64,000 bases of DNA from an uncultured virus (IMG/VR IMGVR_UViG_3300047094_001085) (IMGVR_UViG_3300047094_001085), one strand, 5' to 3'. Positions 48,138 to 59,276 are shown, counted from the stretch's first letter. A program made the numbers and translations. The notes: generated by a model not told the origin, from the letters alone.

Positions 48138-49199
48138 TTATTCTTCTATTGTTTGTAGTTTATTTAATTGTTCTTCAAATGATTCCAATCTTTTATTTAG
48201 GTATCCTTCAAATAAGTTCACTGAAATTTTTTCAAAATCTTCTTTAGTACTTAAATTTTCTGCAGTTTTAATGATTTCTGTTTCTAAATTTTCATTAATA
48301 CTGTCTTCCAACCAATTTTGTAAAAAGTCCGCAACAAAATCAACCATTTGAATTTTATTGTTAACCCAAACACCATTGTCTTCATTCATCCATTCAGGAA
48401 CTAAATTTGGCACTAAACCAACCACAGGAATTTTACACTTCATAGATTCTAATGGGAAAGTTCCAAATGAACTTGTTTCGTCAATCCAAACTGATAAGAA
48501 ACAATCTTTCATCGCATTTGCAAATTCACTCACAGACAATCCTCTCATATCTCTAAATGTTATCCATCTATATTGAGGAAACTTAATGTAGAAACTTTTA
48601 ATCATATTAAGAGCCTCTCTTTGTTCTCTAGCGTGAATAGCGACGATAGGTTTTGCTGGTAATGTATTTGGTTTAAATTTATCAGAAATGAATGGTTTTA
48701 AAACATCAATTGAAATACCTCTCATAAGATTCTCAATATATTCTTTTTGTGCTTCAGAGGTTGTTATACATTTATAAAACCCTAATTGTGACCATGTCTG
48801 ACCTGGTTGTAATGTTTCCAAGATATGGTCATGAGCCTGAGACAATACAATTTTACCACAAGGTAATTTTGAGATTTGACTCATTACAAACCCGTATAAT
48901 TCAGGAATAACAATTAAATCTTCAGGTGCAATTTCTAAATTTTGACCTTCAATTGTTTTATGAGGTAATGTCATATATTCCTCACCTAACCATTCTTCCA
49001 CACCAGTATAATCAGGTGTTTCATGTAAGATAATTGGGTTATATCCATTTTTTAATAATGCCATACCTAATTCGTATATGTAAGCGACTGAAGCTTTTGC
49101 ATTACCTTTAGTGTCTTGAACTAAAAGATAAATTCTTGACTTTTTATCTTTCATGTTTTGAATCGACTGTTCTAATTTTGTAATTTGTTCTTGTGTCAT
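48138..49199 (-). CDS. GT-B glycosyltransferase-like protein
   Basis: VIPE and SFGTFPLESMKCKIPVVG motifs. Confidence 0.7.
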   Translation of the reverse strand: MTQEQITKLEQSIQNMKDKKSRIYLLVQDTKGNAKASVAYIYELGMALLKNGYNPIILHETPDYTGVEEWLGEEYMTLPHKTIEGQNLEIAPEDLIVIPELYGFVMSQISKLPCGKIVLSQAHDHILETLQPGQTWSQLGFYKCITTSEAQKEYIENLMRGISIDVLKPFISDKFKPNTLPAKPIVAIHAREQREALNMIKSFYIKFPQYRWITFRDMRGLSVSEFANAMKDCFLSVWIDETSSFGTFPLESMKCKIPVVGLVPNLVPEWMNEDNGVWVNNKIQMVDFVADFLQNWLEDSINENLETEIIKTAENLSTKEDFEKISVNLFEGYLNKRLESFEEQLNKLQTIEE

Positions 49200-49204
49200 G
49201 TTTA

Positions 49205-49483
49205 TTATATTTTATTTATTAATTTTTTATACAATAGAGTATTAAATGCTAGTCTAAATGGGATTGATAAGTTGTTAGTACCTTTAGCCCCTAATTGTTC
49301 ATCAATTTCTTCAGGTTCATCCATAACTATTTCTAACATTAATTTAATTGTTTCGTATTTAATTATACTTATGGTAGTCCCTTCAGTGTCACCTGATGTG
49401 ACGGTTTTTTTTGCTTTTATTTGAACATAATCATCAATTTTATCCAAATCAATATAATAGTTTTCTCCTAATACTTTTAACAT
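49205..49483 (-). CDS. hypothetical protein
   Basis: 92-aa coupled ORF. Confidence 0.65.
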   Translation of the reverse strand: MLKVLGENYYIDLDKIDDYVQIKAKKTVTSGDTEGTTISIIKYETIKLMLEIVMDEPEEIDEQLGAKGTNNLSIPFRLAFNTLLYKKLINKI

Positions 49484-50079
49484 TCTAAAATTTGTTTTAA
49501 TTTATCGTCCAATTCTTTTATTGATTTTATAGAATGGATTGTGGTAATATTCTCATTATAATCCGTCTCATATTTTATTAATATTTTATCTGACGGATAA
49601 TCCAATAATAAGGCGGGATTTGATGTAAGTAAAATATCTAATTCATCCCACATTGAATTAATTGTTGAATTACTGTAAAATTTTACTTTTTCTAATTGAC
49701 ACCCAAATTTAGATAAAAAGAATAAGGATGCGGGTTTTGATTTACCTATCTCATCAGAAACAATTAATAAATCGTGGTTATCTCTTAACGATATGTAAAT
49801 TTCGTTTAAATCAATAAATGTGTTATATTCTGAAGATTGTGCATGACCAAAAATTTCCATGGCAAATTCTTCATATAAAAATGAATATAACTCATCATCA
49901 TCCGGAAATGAAAAATGTTCATTTAAAGTTAAACTATTTATTGGATAAGTCATTTTATATTCAAATGACTCATCGTCTTCAATACCATCAGTTTTATCGA
50001 TTAAAAATTTCTGATAAGTTTGTTCAATTTTTCCTAAAGTATCTCTCAACACTCCATTAATTTCTATACCAATTCTCAT
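49477..50079 (-). CDS. HAD/NT5C-like protein with degenerate active site
   Basis: MRIGIEINGVLRD where DxDG is expected. Confidence 0.6.
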   Translation of the reverse strand: MRIGIEINGVLRDTLGKIEQTYQKFLIDKTDGIEDDESFEYKMTYPINSLTLNEHFSFPDDDELYSFLYEEFAMEIFGHAQSSEYNTFIDLNEIYISLRDNHDLLIVSDEIGKSKPASLFFLSKFGCQLEKVKFYSNSTINSMWDELDILLTSNPALLLDYPSDKILIKYETDYNENITTIHSIKSIKELDDKLKQILEC

Positions 50080-50159
50080 ATCAACAAAAGTTATATAAAA
50101 AAAAAGATAAGTAAACTAAATTGTGTTTACCTATCTTTTATAATGAAAGTATGTTAAAA

Positions 50160-50906
50160 TTAATTTTCTTCGTACTTGTCTAATATTCTACTAATCAATG
50201 GATTTCTAACAATATCTTTTTTATCTTTAAACTCAAAAATTGATATTGTGTCATCGTCTCTAAATTTTTCGATAGCATCCCATAATCCACTATGAGTTTT
50301 ATTTTTAAATTTATCTGATTGTTCAACATCTCCTGATATAAAGAATTTACTATTAAAACCAATTCTAGTAAGAAGTAATTTCATTTGACTTGGTGTAGCG
50401 TTTTGACCTTCTTCAAAAATCAAAATTGAGTTATCTATATTCATACCTCTCATAAATGCTAACGCAAAAACTTCAATAATGTCGGCATCTTTTAATTTTT
50501 CTCTAGATTCTTTACCAATAATTTTATTCATTAAATAATAAGAGGGAAAAATATATGGGTCTAATTTTTCTTCCACATTACCCGGTAACGAACCTAATTT
50601 TTCTTCGGCTTCAACCGCAGGTCTTACAATTATGATTTTTTCATAAGGAGTTTCAGGGTCGACTAATAAATCAAGAGCCGCTTTCATTGTTATATAACTC
50701 TTCCCAACACCAGCCGGTCCGGAACAAACAGTAATCTCACTTTCAATTAAAGTGTCGTAATATTTCTTTTGATTAGTTGTTAAAAATTTGTCTTTAGTTT
50801 TTCTTTTAATAACACTGGAAATAAAATCTTTTTTATTAATAGGTTTGTGTGTTGTTTCAGGTGTGGGTGTTGGTTTAGTGTTTTTTGATTTGCTGTACGT
50901 AGCCAT
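50160..50906 (-). CDS. phoH: PhoH family ATPase
   Basis: GPAGVGKS, RPAVEA.EKLG.LPG, FMRG, EEGQN, GDVEQ.D and DIVRN motifs. Confidence 0.92.
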   Translation of the reverse strand: MATYSKSKNTKPTPTPETTHKPINKKDFISSVIKRKTKDKFLTTNQKKYYDTLIESEITVCSGPAGVGKSYITMKAALDLLVDPETPYEKIIIVRPAVEAEEKLGSLPGNVEEKLDPYIFPSYYLMNKIIGKESREKLKDADIIEVFALAFMRGMNIDNSILIFEEGQNATPSQMKLLLTRIGFNSKFFISGDVEQSDKFKNKTHSGLWDAIEKFRDDDTISIFEFKDKKDIVRNPLISRILDKYEEN

Positions 50907-50924
50907 TTAAATTATTTTAGTTGT

Positions 50925-51680
50925 TTAGTTGTAAATCTCAACAAATTTTTTTATTTCAGATTCAATATTATCACATTTTAAAACCTCATATGTGATTATT
51001 TTATCATATCCTAATTTTTTAAGTTCATTTGAGAAATTTATATGTGTTTCAGAAGTTATAATAGGTGTCAATTTTATTTCTGAAATATGTATATGGTTAA
51101 TATAGTCATAATATTTACATAGTTCAGTAATTGGGTCATAACCTTCTAATTTTAAATTATGTGTATCAATCATTGTTTTAATGTTAACAAATTTATTATT
51201 TTTTATAAAATCAACAATTTCGTTTAAGTTATGAAAATAATTACCCCCATAAATTTTTGAATTAGGTTCAATAACTAAAGTAATGTTTGTGTTATTAAGT
51301 AAGTTATCAATTTTTTTAAATATTAATGACAATGAATCATCGATTACTCCGTTTCTCATTGTTGGAGACCCAAAAACCATAACATTAATATCTAATATTT
51401 TACATATTTCGATTAATCTTTTTATATGGTTATAAACAATTTTTTCATCTGTGATACCATCACATTTTATATTATAAAAGATTGATTGGATGGAGGGGGT
51501 CTTTATGTTGTAAGAATCTAACTGTTTTTTGTATTTAAATAAAACATCATTAGTTAATTCGTCCCAATTACCAATTTTAGTTAAAACTCCTTCAATGTTA
51601 ATATTATGGTTTTTTAATATTGATAACATTTGGTCGTTATCCTCATTATCCCAAGCTAAGTTACTTAATGATAGTTTCAT
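50925..51680 (-). CDS. sugar phosphate isomerase/epimerase (TIM barrel)
   Basis: SNLAW, FGSP..R, IEPN, DTHN, HIHISE and TYE motifs. Confidence 0.8.
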   Translation of the reverse strand: MKLSLSNLAWDNEDNDQMLSILKNHNINIEGVLTKIGNWDELTNDVLFKYKKQLDSYNIKTPSIQSIFYNIKCDGITDEKIVYNHIKRLIEICKILDINVMVFGSPTMRNGVIDDSLSLIFKKIDNLLNNTNITLVIEPNSKIYGGNYFHNLNEIVDFIKNNKFVNIKTMIDTHNLKLEGYDPITELCKYYDYINHIHISEIKLTPIITSETHINFSNELKKLGYDKIITYEVLKCDNIESEIKKFVEIYN

Positions 51681-51702
51681 GTCTTTTATATATTTGTATT
51701 AC

Positions 51703-52713
51703 TTAAAATTTAATTTTATTTATAATAAAATCAACTATTGATAAATCACTCTCATCATAAAGTAATAAATTCTTTATTTTATTAATATTTTCTATTTTAG
51801 AATCAATATTCAATAACTCTTTTTGCAATACGTCCTCAAAATTTTTTTCATTTTTATTTAAAATTATTGCAATGTCTTCAAGATTAATAATTTCCTTGAA
51901 TACTTTTTCATATATTTCATAATTGTCATCAAATACAACCGGAATACATCCGAGTAATAAACTATGATAAAATCCTTTTCTTGATTTTTTATCTCCATGT
52001 GGATGTAATGAAAAATGGCTATTCAAATAAAGTTCATCTATTTCGTCGTAAGTTGTTTCATTATTAATACTAATCCATTTGTCATCAATAATTTTATTTG
52101 TGTTTAACACCTCTATGTTGTCAAAATATTCAATCTCTTCACGATATCTACCGGCATAACTTATCAAGTACTTTTTATTAATACTTTTAGGTATAATATA
52201 ATCTTTTGGGTTTTGTTTAATATGGGTACAATAAGGGACGGGAATTTGATTGTTATGACTTAAGATATCTTCATAACAAACAAAATAAACATTTTCGTGA
52301 AAGTTAAAATAATTTAAGAAACATCTGTTATCTTCCCACATAACATCTGAATATACGAAAATCACTTTTTTACCATCATTAATACATTGGTTGATTAAAG
52401 GTAAGATTAAATTTATTTTATTAATAATTTGATTAACATCGTAAAAATATTTTTTTACCCAAGCAGAACAAAATAAATAAACCGGTGTAAAAACAATATC
52501 AGAAGTTTTGTAATCTTGAGTTAAATTTGGATGTAACCCAAACATATTGTGTAAAACAAGTTCTAAAGAATATTGAGACCTTAAAAATTTATAATCGTCA
52601 AATTTAATTACGTCGTTATTAATTATTTCATTATCATTTATATAGATTGGTAATAATCCCGAATTTAATTCGGTATCAATATTTAATATGTAGAAAGATT
52701 TATTATTGGACAT
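51703..52713 (-). CDS. exostosin (GT47)-like glycosyltransferase
   Basis: SHFSLHPHGD..SRKGFYHSLLLGCIPV. Confidence 0.7.
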   Translation of the reverse strand: MSNNKSFYILNIDTELNSGLLPIYINDNEIINNDVIKFDDYKFLRSQYSLELVLHNMFGLHPNLTQDYKTSDIVFTPVYLFCSAWVKKYFYDVNQIINKINLILPLINQCINDGKKVIFVYSDVMWEDNRCFLNYFNFHENVYFVCYEDILSHNNQIPVPYCTHIKQNPKDYIIPKSINKKYLISYAGRYREEIEYFDNIEVLNTNKIIDDKWISINNETTYDEIDELYLNSHFSLHPHGDKKSRKGFYHSLLLGCIPVVFDDNYEIYEKVFKEIINLEDIAIILNKNEKNFEDVLQKELLNIDSKIENINKIKNLLLYDESDLSIVDFIINKIKF

Positions 52714-52734
52714 ATAAACTTATATTTAATAAGT

Positions 52735-53832
52735 ATGAAGATTTTTATTTATAATATCAAAGAATTGGAAAAAATTATGTCATTTTATGAATCCGTTCCA
52801 CCTGAAATGGATTTGTACGATATATTTTTGAGTAAGTTAAAATTAAATTATGAGGTGGTTGACGATATAAACGAATCCGATATTGCTTTTATACCAATTG
52901 ATTTTATTAAATTAATTTTCGGAACTATAAGTCCAATTAATCATCACAAACTTTTTACTTTTTTAAAAAAACATGAAATATATTCTGACTTAATTCCAAC
53001 TGTACAACCACCAACATTTGGTGTTGGGTATAAAGATAATTTTATTAAATTTTTTTGGAACAATTTTGTTAAAAACAATATTAATTCTGACTTAAAAATC
53101 CCACATTTTATTTTATACAGTTACGTATTATTTGAGACATCTTTTGAATCAATAGATAAAGATATATTTATTTTAAGTTATGAGGATGAAGTATCTTTAT
53201 TTAACACTACCACAACCTTTAAATTAGGTACTCATAATAGAATGATTACAATTCCATATGTATTGAATGAAAACAATTCAATGTCAGTACCCTCAATGGG
53301 AAAAATAATTAATAGTGAAAAAACACGTGACTTAACCTTTATAGGTTCATTGTTTTCAGAACACAGACCATTAATTTACAGAGTTAGAAAATTTATAGTA
53401 TTGTTAAATTATGAAGTTCACATTGGTGATATGTCAAAAATTGAAGAGGATTTGATTAAAACTAAATATTTGTTTGTATTAAGGGGTGATACACCTACTC
53501 GAATATGTTTTTATCAGTGTTTTGTCTATAACATAGTACCTATAATATTTGAAGAAGAATTATCATTATATCAAAAAATATTCACTAAAAATATTAATTT
53601 AAAAGATAGTTGTTTAATTTTACCAAATAAAGATGGGATGTCGGACATAGAATATTCAAAAATTGTTGATAACATATTAAACGAAGAACTATTAAATACA
53701 GATAATTATTTTAACAAAATTAAAAATCATGAGATATTATTTAACCAAATTAATTATTTTAGTGATGTGTGTTTACCAATAGAAATCTCAATGGAAAAAA
53801 TAAAATTTAACTATTCTAATAGATTAATTTAG
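52735..53832 (+). CDS. exostosin (GT47)-like glycosyltransferase
   Basis: SDIAFIP and LRGDTPTRICFYQCFVYNIVPII motifs. Confidence 0.65.
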   Translation: MKIFIYNIKELEKIMSFYESVPPEMDLYDIFLSKLKLNYEVVDDINESDIAFIPIDFIKLIFGTISPINHHKLFTFLKKHEIYSDLIPTVQPPTFGVGYKDNFIKFFWNNFVKNNINSDLKIPHFILYSYVLFETSFESIDKDIFILSYEDEVSLFNTTTTFKLGTHNRMITIPYVLNENNSMSVPSMGKIINSEKTRDLTFIGSLFSEHRPLIYRVRKFIVLLNYEVHIGDMSKIEEDLIKTKYLFVLRGDTPTRICFYQCFVYNIVPIIFEEELSLYQKIFTKNINLKDSCLILPNKDGMSDIEYSKIVDNILNEELLNTDNYFNKIKNHEILFNQINYFSDVCLPIEISMEKIKFNYSNRLI

Positions 53833-54588
53833 TAAAATAAATTCGTTTACCAATTTTTTAATTTCAATTAAAATATCCTCTTTAGGTTTTATGTATCCGG
53901 TTGGTGAATATTTGGTAGTATAATCATACTGTATTTTAAATTCGGAATGGGAAACCTTTTCTTTGTGAGATGGAAATAAATTAATTATTTCTTCACTTTC
54001 TAATGGTTCTGTAAATAAGTTAAATATAACTTCGTTAGGGTGTTTTTCACCATAAAAACTTATATCATCCACTAAATCATTTAAATTATACCATTGAAAT
54101 GATGAATTTTTATTAATCATATGAATATTATTATTGTTCAATAAATCATATAATATGTTTTTTTTGATATTTTTACTGAATAAAGCTGGTAATCTAAAAA
54201 TTTTTACATTCTCGTAGTTTAAATGTTTAATCACCATTTTTTCAAAAAGATATCTATTTGAACCATAAGAAAAATCTTTAAATATTGGTTCAAAATCTTC
54301 ATTAACACCTACAGGTGAATTCCCATATACATCAATCGTAGATATTACGTACACGTTTTTATATTTAACACGCCCAATTAATTTAATAATATCGACGACA
54401 GTTTCAATATCTGTTTTAGTATCTTTGTTAATTAACCATTTCGTTGACGGTAAACAAGATAAATACAATTCACATCCATCAGGTGGTGAATAGTCATTAA
54501 TTGACTTTGAATTATACTCAAAATCAAAATTTATACTTTCTTTTAAAGTTTGTCCTACTAAACCGGTGTTTCCTATTAATATTTTCAT
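53824..54588 (-). CDS. NAD-dependent epimerase/dehydratase
   Basis: LIGNTGLVG, ISTIDVY, YGSNR and RLPALF motifs. Confidence 0.8.
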   Translation of the reverse strand: MKILIGNTGLVGQTLKESINFDFEYNSKSINDYSPPDGCELYLSCLPSTKWLINKDTKTDIETVVDIIKLIGRVKYKNVYVISTIDVYGNSPVGVNEDFEPIFKDFSYGSNRYLFEKMVIKHLNYENVKIFRLPALFSKNIKKNILYDLLNNNNIHMINKNSSFQWYNLNDLVDDISFYGEKHPNEVIFNLFTEPLESEEIINLFPSHKEKVSHSEFKIQYDYTTKYSPTGYIKPKEDILIEIKKLVNEFILLN

Positions 54589-55631
54589 CGAACTAAGTTT
54601 AATTTTATATCTTTTGATTGAACTAACATATAATCTTTTAATTGAAATTGTAATAATCTTTCAGGGTACGAGCAATAGTAATAATACAACGAATCTACGT
54701 GACCTTCATGACCTTTTAAATTATAGTTCCCTTGTTCATGAAAAATATTTTTAGGAACTTTTTTAAATTGTTTTAAATTTTCATTAAAAAATGAATCATT
54801 TAGTTTATCATAATTATTATATAATTCACAATATTGTTTCATTGAAGATTTACTTCCGTAAGCAAATAAATCACATATAACATTTGTGTGTTGAAAAATA
54901 TGAACTATCTTTCTATTGTGAGTATAATACAAACTGTCACACGCCCAACAAGATGTTCCATAGTCCATGTGAGTATGTTGATTGTCGTGATTAGGTGTGA
55001 AAATAATATCGTGAGTTTTTATATCTGAGATTGTTTTATCCGTTAAATTAAATGCTGTCATATCACAATCAAATCTAATTTTTAAAACCACATCATATTC
55101 GATATTATTTTCTATCGAATATTCTTCCATTAATTTATACGATTTATTAATGGAATATAATTGTGATTTAATAAAAATTTCCGGAGAAGAAAAATTAAAA
55201 TAGTTATCTCTAATTTCTTGGGATTCAATCCATTCTTTATTATTTTCTATCTCATATTTTTTCACATTAGTAAATTTGTTTATTTCAGAGATTACTGATG
55301 TTGGAACAGATAAATCGTTTAATAATGTTTCATTACCTTTTAATCCAATATTGTCCCATGTGTGTATAAACACATGATAATTTTCATTATTACAAAATTG
55401 GGTAATACCTTTTAACACTGAATTTTTTCTAATATGCCCACTTAATAAAATTGCAATTTTTAAATTACCACTATTAGTATTTTTTGCAGGTAGATTCAAA
55501 TACTCACTACAATTTAATATTTCATTTTCTAAATGTTCTACAGTTTTATTACCATGTACAATTAATTCATAGTTTGTAAAATTTCTATTTAAATACTTGT
55601 TAAATAGATATGATAGTTCTTCATTACTCAT
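54585..55631 (-). CDS. putative glycosyltransferase
   Basis: IAILLSGHIR, VFIHTW, YDVVLKIRFD and DLFAYG motifs. Confidence 0.65.
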   Translation of the reverse strand: MSNEELSYLFNKYLNRNFTNYELIVHGNKTVEHLENEILNCSEYLNLPAKNTNSGNLKIAILLSGHIRKNSVLKGITQFCNNENYHVFIHTWDNIGLKGNETLLNDLSVPTSVISEINKFTNVKKYEIENNKEWIESQEIRDNYFNFSSPEIFIKSQLYSINKSYKLMEEYSIENNIEYDVVLKIRFDCDMTAFNLTDKTISDIKTHDIIFTPNHDNQHTHMDYGTSCWACDSLYYTHNRKIVHIFQHTNVICDLFAYGSKSSMKQYCELYNNYDKLNDSFFNENLKQFKKVPKNIFHEQGNYNLKGHEGHVDSLYYYYCSYPERLLQFQLKDYMLVQSKDIKLNLVR

Positions 55632-56610
55632 TCTTAATTATGTTTAAAATATAATCTTCAATAATATAAATTCCTTGTATTTTTCCGGTGAAACAGGAAA
55701 TAATATTATTTGTTTGTTTTATTACCGGATATCGACTATCCGATTCGTCATTTACTTTACTTTTTATTGATAAAAAATATGAATCATATTTAAAATACTC
55801 ATTAAATTCAGGCATGAATATTTTAACTCTATCTTCAAATTCTGTTATTTTATTTAATATAAACTCATTAGTTATTATTGTTTTATAATCATCAATCTCT
55901 TCAATAGTTGAAAATCTTTTTAGTGGTGTTAATTTAACATCTGTCAATGTGAATTTATTTTCCTTATAAGGATAAATAGAAAATAGTTCACCATCAACAA
56001 ATGTAACAGAATCAAAGTCAGTTGATTTGATTTTATCGTAAATTAATGTGATTGTTAATTCATAAAAAAAATCATTATCTATCAGACCCATAAAATTATT
56101 TGTAGCGTCAATAACTAAATCAGAATTTTTTGATAGTTCTACTAACTTTACTTTATCAACTGTTTCATACTTAATTAAGCCGTTTAGTTCTTTTTCAAAA
56201 TGAGTTTTAATTTTTTGAAAATTAATATGTTTTTCGTTTGTCAACAAACAACCTTCGGTGTTTTTAAAATTATGTTCAATTAAATCTGAAGGATACTCTT
56301 CAAAAATTTTTAAATAAGTATTCAAATCCATCAAGGATAATTTTTTAGGGACACAGTAAAAGTTTTTATCTATGTCTGTAACACAAAAACCATAATCATG
56401 TATAAACCTATAAAAGGTTGTTTTACATAAGTTTCTGGTTTCAAAGTTTCTGGCGTAATGATATCCGTAATGTAATCTATTTTGATTATTATATGAAGTT
56501 CCAATAAATATTTCGTCAGTTTTTTCGTATAATGTTACGTTATGGTTTTTTTTTAATACATTTGCTAAATGACACCCAACCCATCCTGTTCCAATAATTG
56601 ATATATTCAT
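55624..56610 (-). CDS. FAD-dependent oxidoreductase
   Basis: IIGTGWVGC and S..NQNRLHYGYHYAR motifs. Confidence 0.82.
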   Translation of the reverse strand: MNISIIGTGWVGCHLANVLKKNHNVTLYEKTDEIFIGTSYNNQNRLHYGYHYARNFETRNLCKTTFYRFIHDYGFCVTDIDKNFYCVPKKLSLMDLNTYLKIFEEYPSDLIEHNFKNTEGCLLTNEKHINFQKIKTHFEKELNGLIKYETVDKVKLVELSKNSDLVIDATNNFMGLIDNDFFYELTITLIYDKIKSTDFDSVTFVDGELFSIYPYKENKFTLTDVKLTPLKRFSTIEEIDDYKTIITNEFILNKITEFEDRVKIFMPEFNEYFKYDSYFLSIKSKVNDESDSRYPVIKQTNNIISCFTGKIQGIYIIEDYILNIIKNE

Positions 56611-56611
56611 T

Positions 56612-57172
56612 TTAATTATGTACGGTTAATATTTTGTTTATTTTTTTTGTTCTAATGTTAGGGTATTTCATACATTCTTCAACAAATATTCCGTCACAGT
56701 ATTGTGATTCGGGTTGATTGATTCCCACTTTTTTTGCTATATCAGTTCTTAAAACAAATGAGCCCCAATCAATTCTACATTTAATTGGTATAGAATCCAA
56801 TACATTATAATTAAAGTGATTATGAATACAATTGAACATAACCATATCACAATCAATTAAATTAGACATTAATTCACTCACAGTATTAGGTGTGTAGTAA
56901 TCTTGAATAGATGTTTGTATTACAAATTCAGTGTCTATTAACTCTAAAGTTTTTTTTCTATTGTAGTGACCCCAAAAAGATGTAGGGGTTTCATTATTAA
57001 TAATTGTTATTTTATCGGAATTAAAGAATTTAACACATTCTTCAATATATTCATTTTTTTCATCACAATGAATTATACATTTCCAATTAGAGTTTTTTTG
57101 TAACATTAGGGAACTTATAAATTGATAAGAATCTACAGTTTCTTTGTATGCGGTGGCTAAAAAAGTTATCAT
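56612..57172 (-). CDS. glycosyltransferase family 2-like protein
   Basis: WGH.NR, QDYY, IDWG, DG.F and terminal VHN motifs. Confidence 0.65.
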   Translation of the reverse strand: MITFLATAYKETVDSYQFISSLMLQKNSNWKCIIHCDEKNEYIEECVKFFNSDKITIINNETPTSFWGHYNRKKTLELIDTEFVIQTSIQDYYTPNTVSELMSNLIDCDMVMFNCIHNHFNYNVLDSIPIKCRIDWGSFVLRTDIAKKVGINQPESQYCDGIFVEECMKYPNIRTKKINKILTVHN

Positions 57173-58680
57173 TATTTTACTATCTTAATATGTGTTTTTA
57201 ATTTATCATAATTATTAATAACAAATGGTTTTAATATGTTGTTATAATCTTCAAATTGTTTTTTAGATTTTTCTTCATCATTATTTCTTGTTTGACTTTC
57301 ATAATGATATGAAACTAAATTACTATTACAGTAATTATCTAAACCTAACATCAAACATTTCAAATTTAATTCAACATCTTCAAAACAAGTTGAGTATTTT
57401 TCATTGAAATATTCACATTTTATAAATACATCCTTTTTAATTATTAGTAACGCAGCTGTTGAACCAATAATCTTTCTATTAGTATTTGAAAAATTATAGT
57501 AACTATTTAGTCCGTGGTGTGAGATTAATAAATTTTGTTTACTGTCTAATAAACATATTACACCGTCGTGTTGTATTGTTTTATCTTCAAAATGTAATCT
57601 ACATCCAACCGTGCCAACTTTAGGTGTTGTTTTAAAAATATTTAACATTCCATAAATTACATTATTCAATAATTTGATATCGTTATTACAGAATAATAAA
57701 AATTCGTATTTGTCTGTCACGTGATTTTTAACAACATCATTATTAATCTTTGCAAAATTATAATAATCATATTCAATTAACTTTATATTATTATAATCTT
57801 TTATATAACTTTTTAATGTTTCTTTTTCATCATCCGTTGAACCGGTGTCGGCAATAAAAATGTCAAATAATTCAGGGTTACAATGATTGTAAAATGAATC
57901 GACACATTCTTTCAACATTTCAATATTCCCTTTGGTTGGAATGATAACGGCTACTTTACCAATATTTTTAATTGGTTTTTCTTTTATTTCCGGAATGTAA
58001 ATTTTTTCAGGTTTTAAATCTAATGGTAAAACGTGTTTCCATTTCTCCACAAACTTTTCTTTTGTTTCGTAAAATTCTTGGTTAGGTTTACCAACCGATT
58101 GATGTGTAATTTCAAAAGATGATGTAACACCAATCTTAACTCCGTCTAAATAATTTGGTAAACAAAATAAATGGTCATAAAAGTGGAATCTTCCAATACT
58201 TTCATCAAACGTATGTTTTATTTTTGTCTTATTAAATGATAGGAATAAACCGTCTATAGAAACTACGGGAATAATTACTGGTAATTTTGGTGAATACTTA
58301 CTTAACCACTTATCTTTATCAGGTTGATGGTAAACTTGTCCCACCATTGTTTGTTGCATTTTTTCCCAAAACACACCTGATTCAGGAAAGTATGATGTAC
58401 CGGCTTTTCCAATAATACCATATTCCGGATTATCGGAGTAATCTTTTAAAAGTTTTTTACCCCACCCATTTTCTAATTTAATATCATTATGGCAACAAAC
58501 AACAATATCAAAATTTGAATGAGAAATACCTTTGTTGTAAATCTCACTCAAACTAAATTCGTTATTGTTTTTATATTCTAAAATTTGAACATCTTTTAGA
58601 CCAACAGTTTGTAACAAATGTTGTTTAAATTTGTTATTAAATTGTTCATCTTTATGTGTTGAATATATTACTGTTATCAT
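57172..58680 (-). CDS. two-domain glycosyltransferase family 2
   Basis: HNDI and FHFYD in domain 1; IIPT, DTGSTD, NNDI, EDVE and HYESQTR in domain 2. Confidence 0.82.
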   Translation of the reverse strand: MITVIYSTHKDEQFNNKFKQHLLQTVGLKDVQILEYKNNNEFSLSEIYNKGISHSNFDIVVCCHNDIKLENGWGKKLLKDYSDNPEYGIIGKAGTSYFPESGVFWEKMQQTMVGQVYHQPDKDKWLSKYSPKLPVIIPVVSIDGLFLSFNKTKIKHTFDESIGRFHFYDHLFCLPNYLDGVKIGVTSSFEITHQSVGKPNQEFYETKEKFVEKWKHVLPLDLKPEKIYIPEIKEKPIKNIGKVAVIIPTKGNIEMLKECVDSFYNHCNPELFDIFIADTGSTDDEKETLKSYIKDYNNIKLIEYDYYNFAKINNDVVKNHVTDKYEFLLFCNNDIKLLNNVIYGMLNIFKTTPKVGTVGCRLHFEDKTIQHDGVICLLDSKQNLLISHHGLNSYYNFSNTNRKIIGSTAALLIIKKDVFIKCEYFNEKYSTCFEDVELNLKCLMLGLDNYCNSNLVSYHYESQTRNNDEEKSKKQFEDYNNILKPFVINNYDKLKTHIKIVK

Positions 58681-59276
58681 ACCAATCCTGTCGAACCAAA
58701 TCCGTTACTACCTCTTTCTTTATCAATTACTTCTTCTCTTTGGTCCAAATGAACCCAACCCCCATTTACAACGGGACACAATACCGCTTGACCAAATTTC
58801 ATACCTTTATGGATAGTTACGGGGTGATTGTTGGTGTTAAAAATAATTCCCTTAACTTCTCCGGTATAACCATTATCAACAGTCCCCGGTGAGTTTAAAA
58901 CCATAAGTCCTTGATTGATTGCCAATCCACTTTTAGTTCTAACTTGTATTTCATAACCATCTTTAATATCGAATGATAATCCACTTGGAACTAATGCTCT
59001 ACCAAAAGGTTCAATTGTAACCTCTTCTACGGAGTGTAAGTCAAAACCTGAATCACTATCGTAATTATATTTTGGAGTTACTGCGTCAGGATGAATTTTT
59101 ACAAACCCTAATGGTAGTTTAGTTCTTGAATTCATCATATCATCCTCAAGTTGTTTTAAGTCAAGTCCAAATTCTCCCATTATTTCTTCATAGGATAGTT
59201 CATCCAAATCAATGTTGGCCATTCGTTTTAATTCTTCGGCCTTATTTTTTAAGAAATCTAAATCTTCGTTTAACAT
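58677..59276 (-). CDS. dut: dUTPase
   Basis: SGFDL, RTKSGLA, PGTVDNGYTGE and RGSNGFGSTG motifs. Confidence 0.93.
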   Translation of the reverse strand: MLNEDLDFLKNKAEELKRMANIDLDELSYEEIMGEFGLDLKQLEDDMMNSRTKLPLGFVKIHPDAVTPKYNYDSDSGFDLHSVEEVTIEPFGRALVPSGLSFDIKDGYEIQVRTKSGLAINQGLMVLNSPGTVDNGYTGEVKGIIFNTNNHPVTIHKGMKFGQAVLCPVVNGGWVHLDQREEVIDKERGSNGFGSTGLV

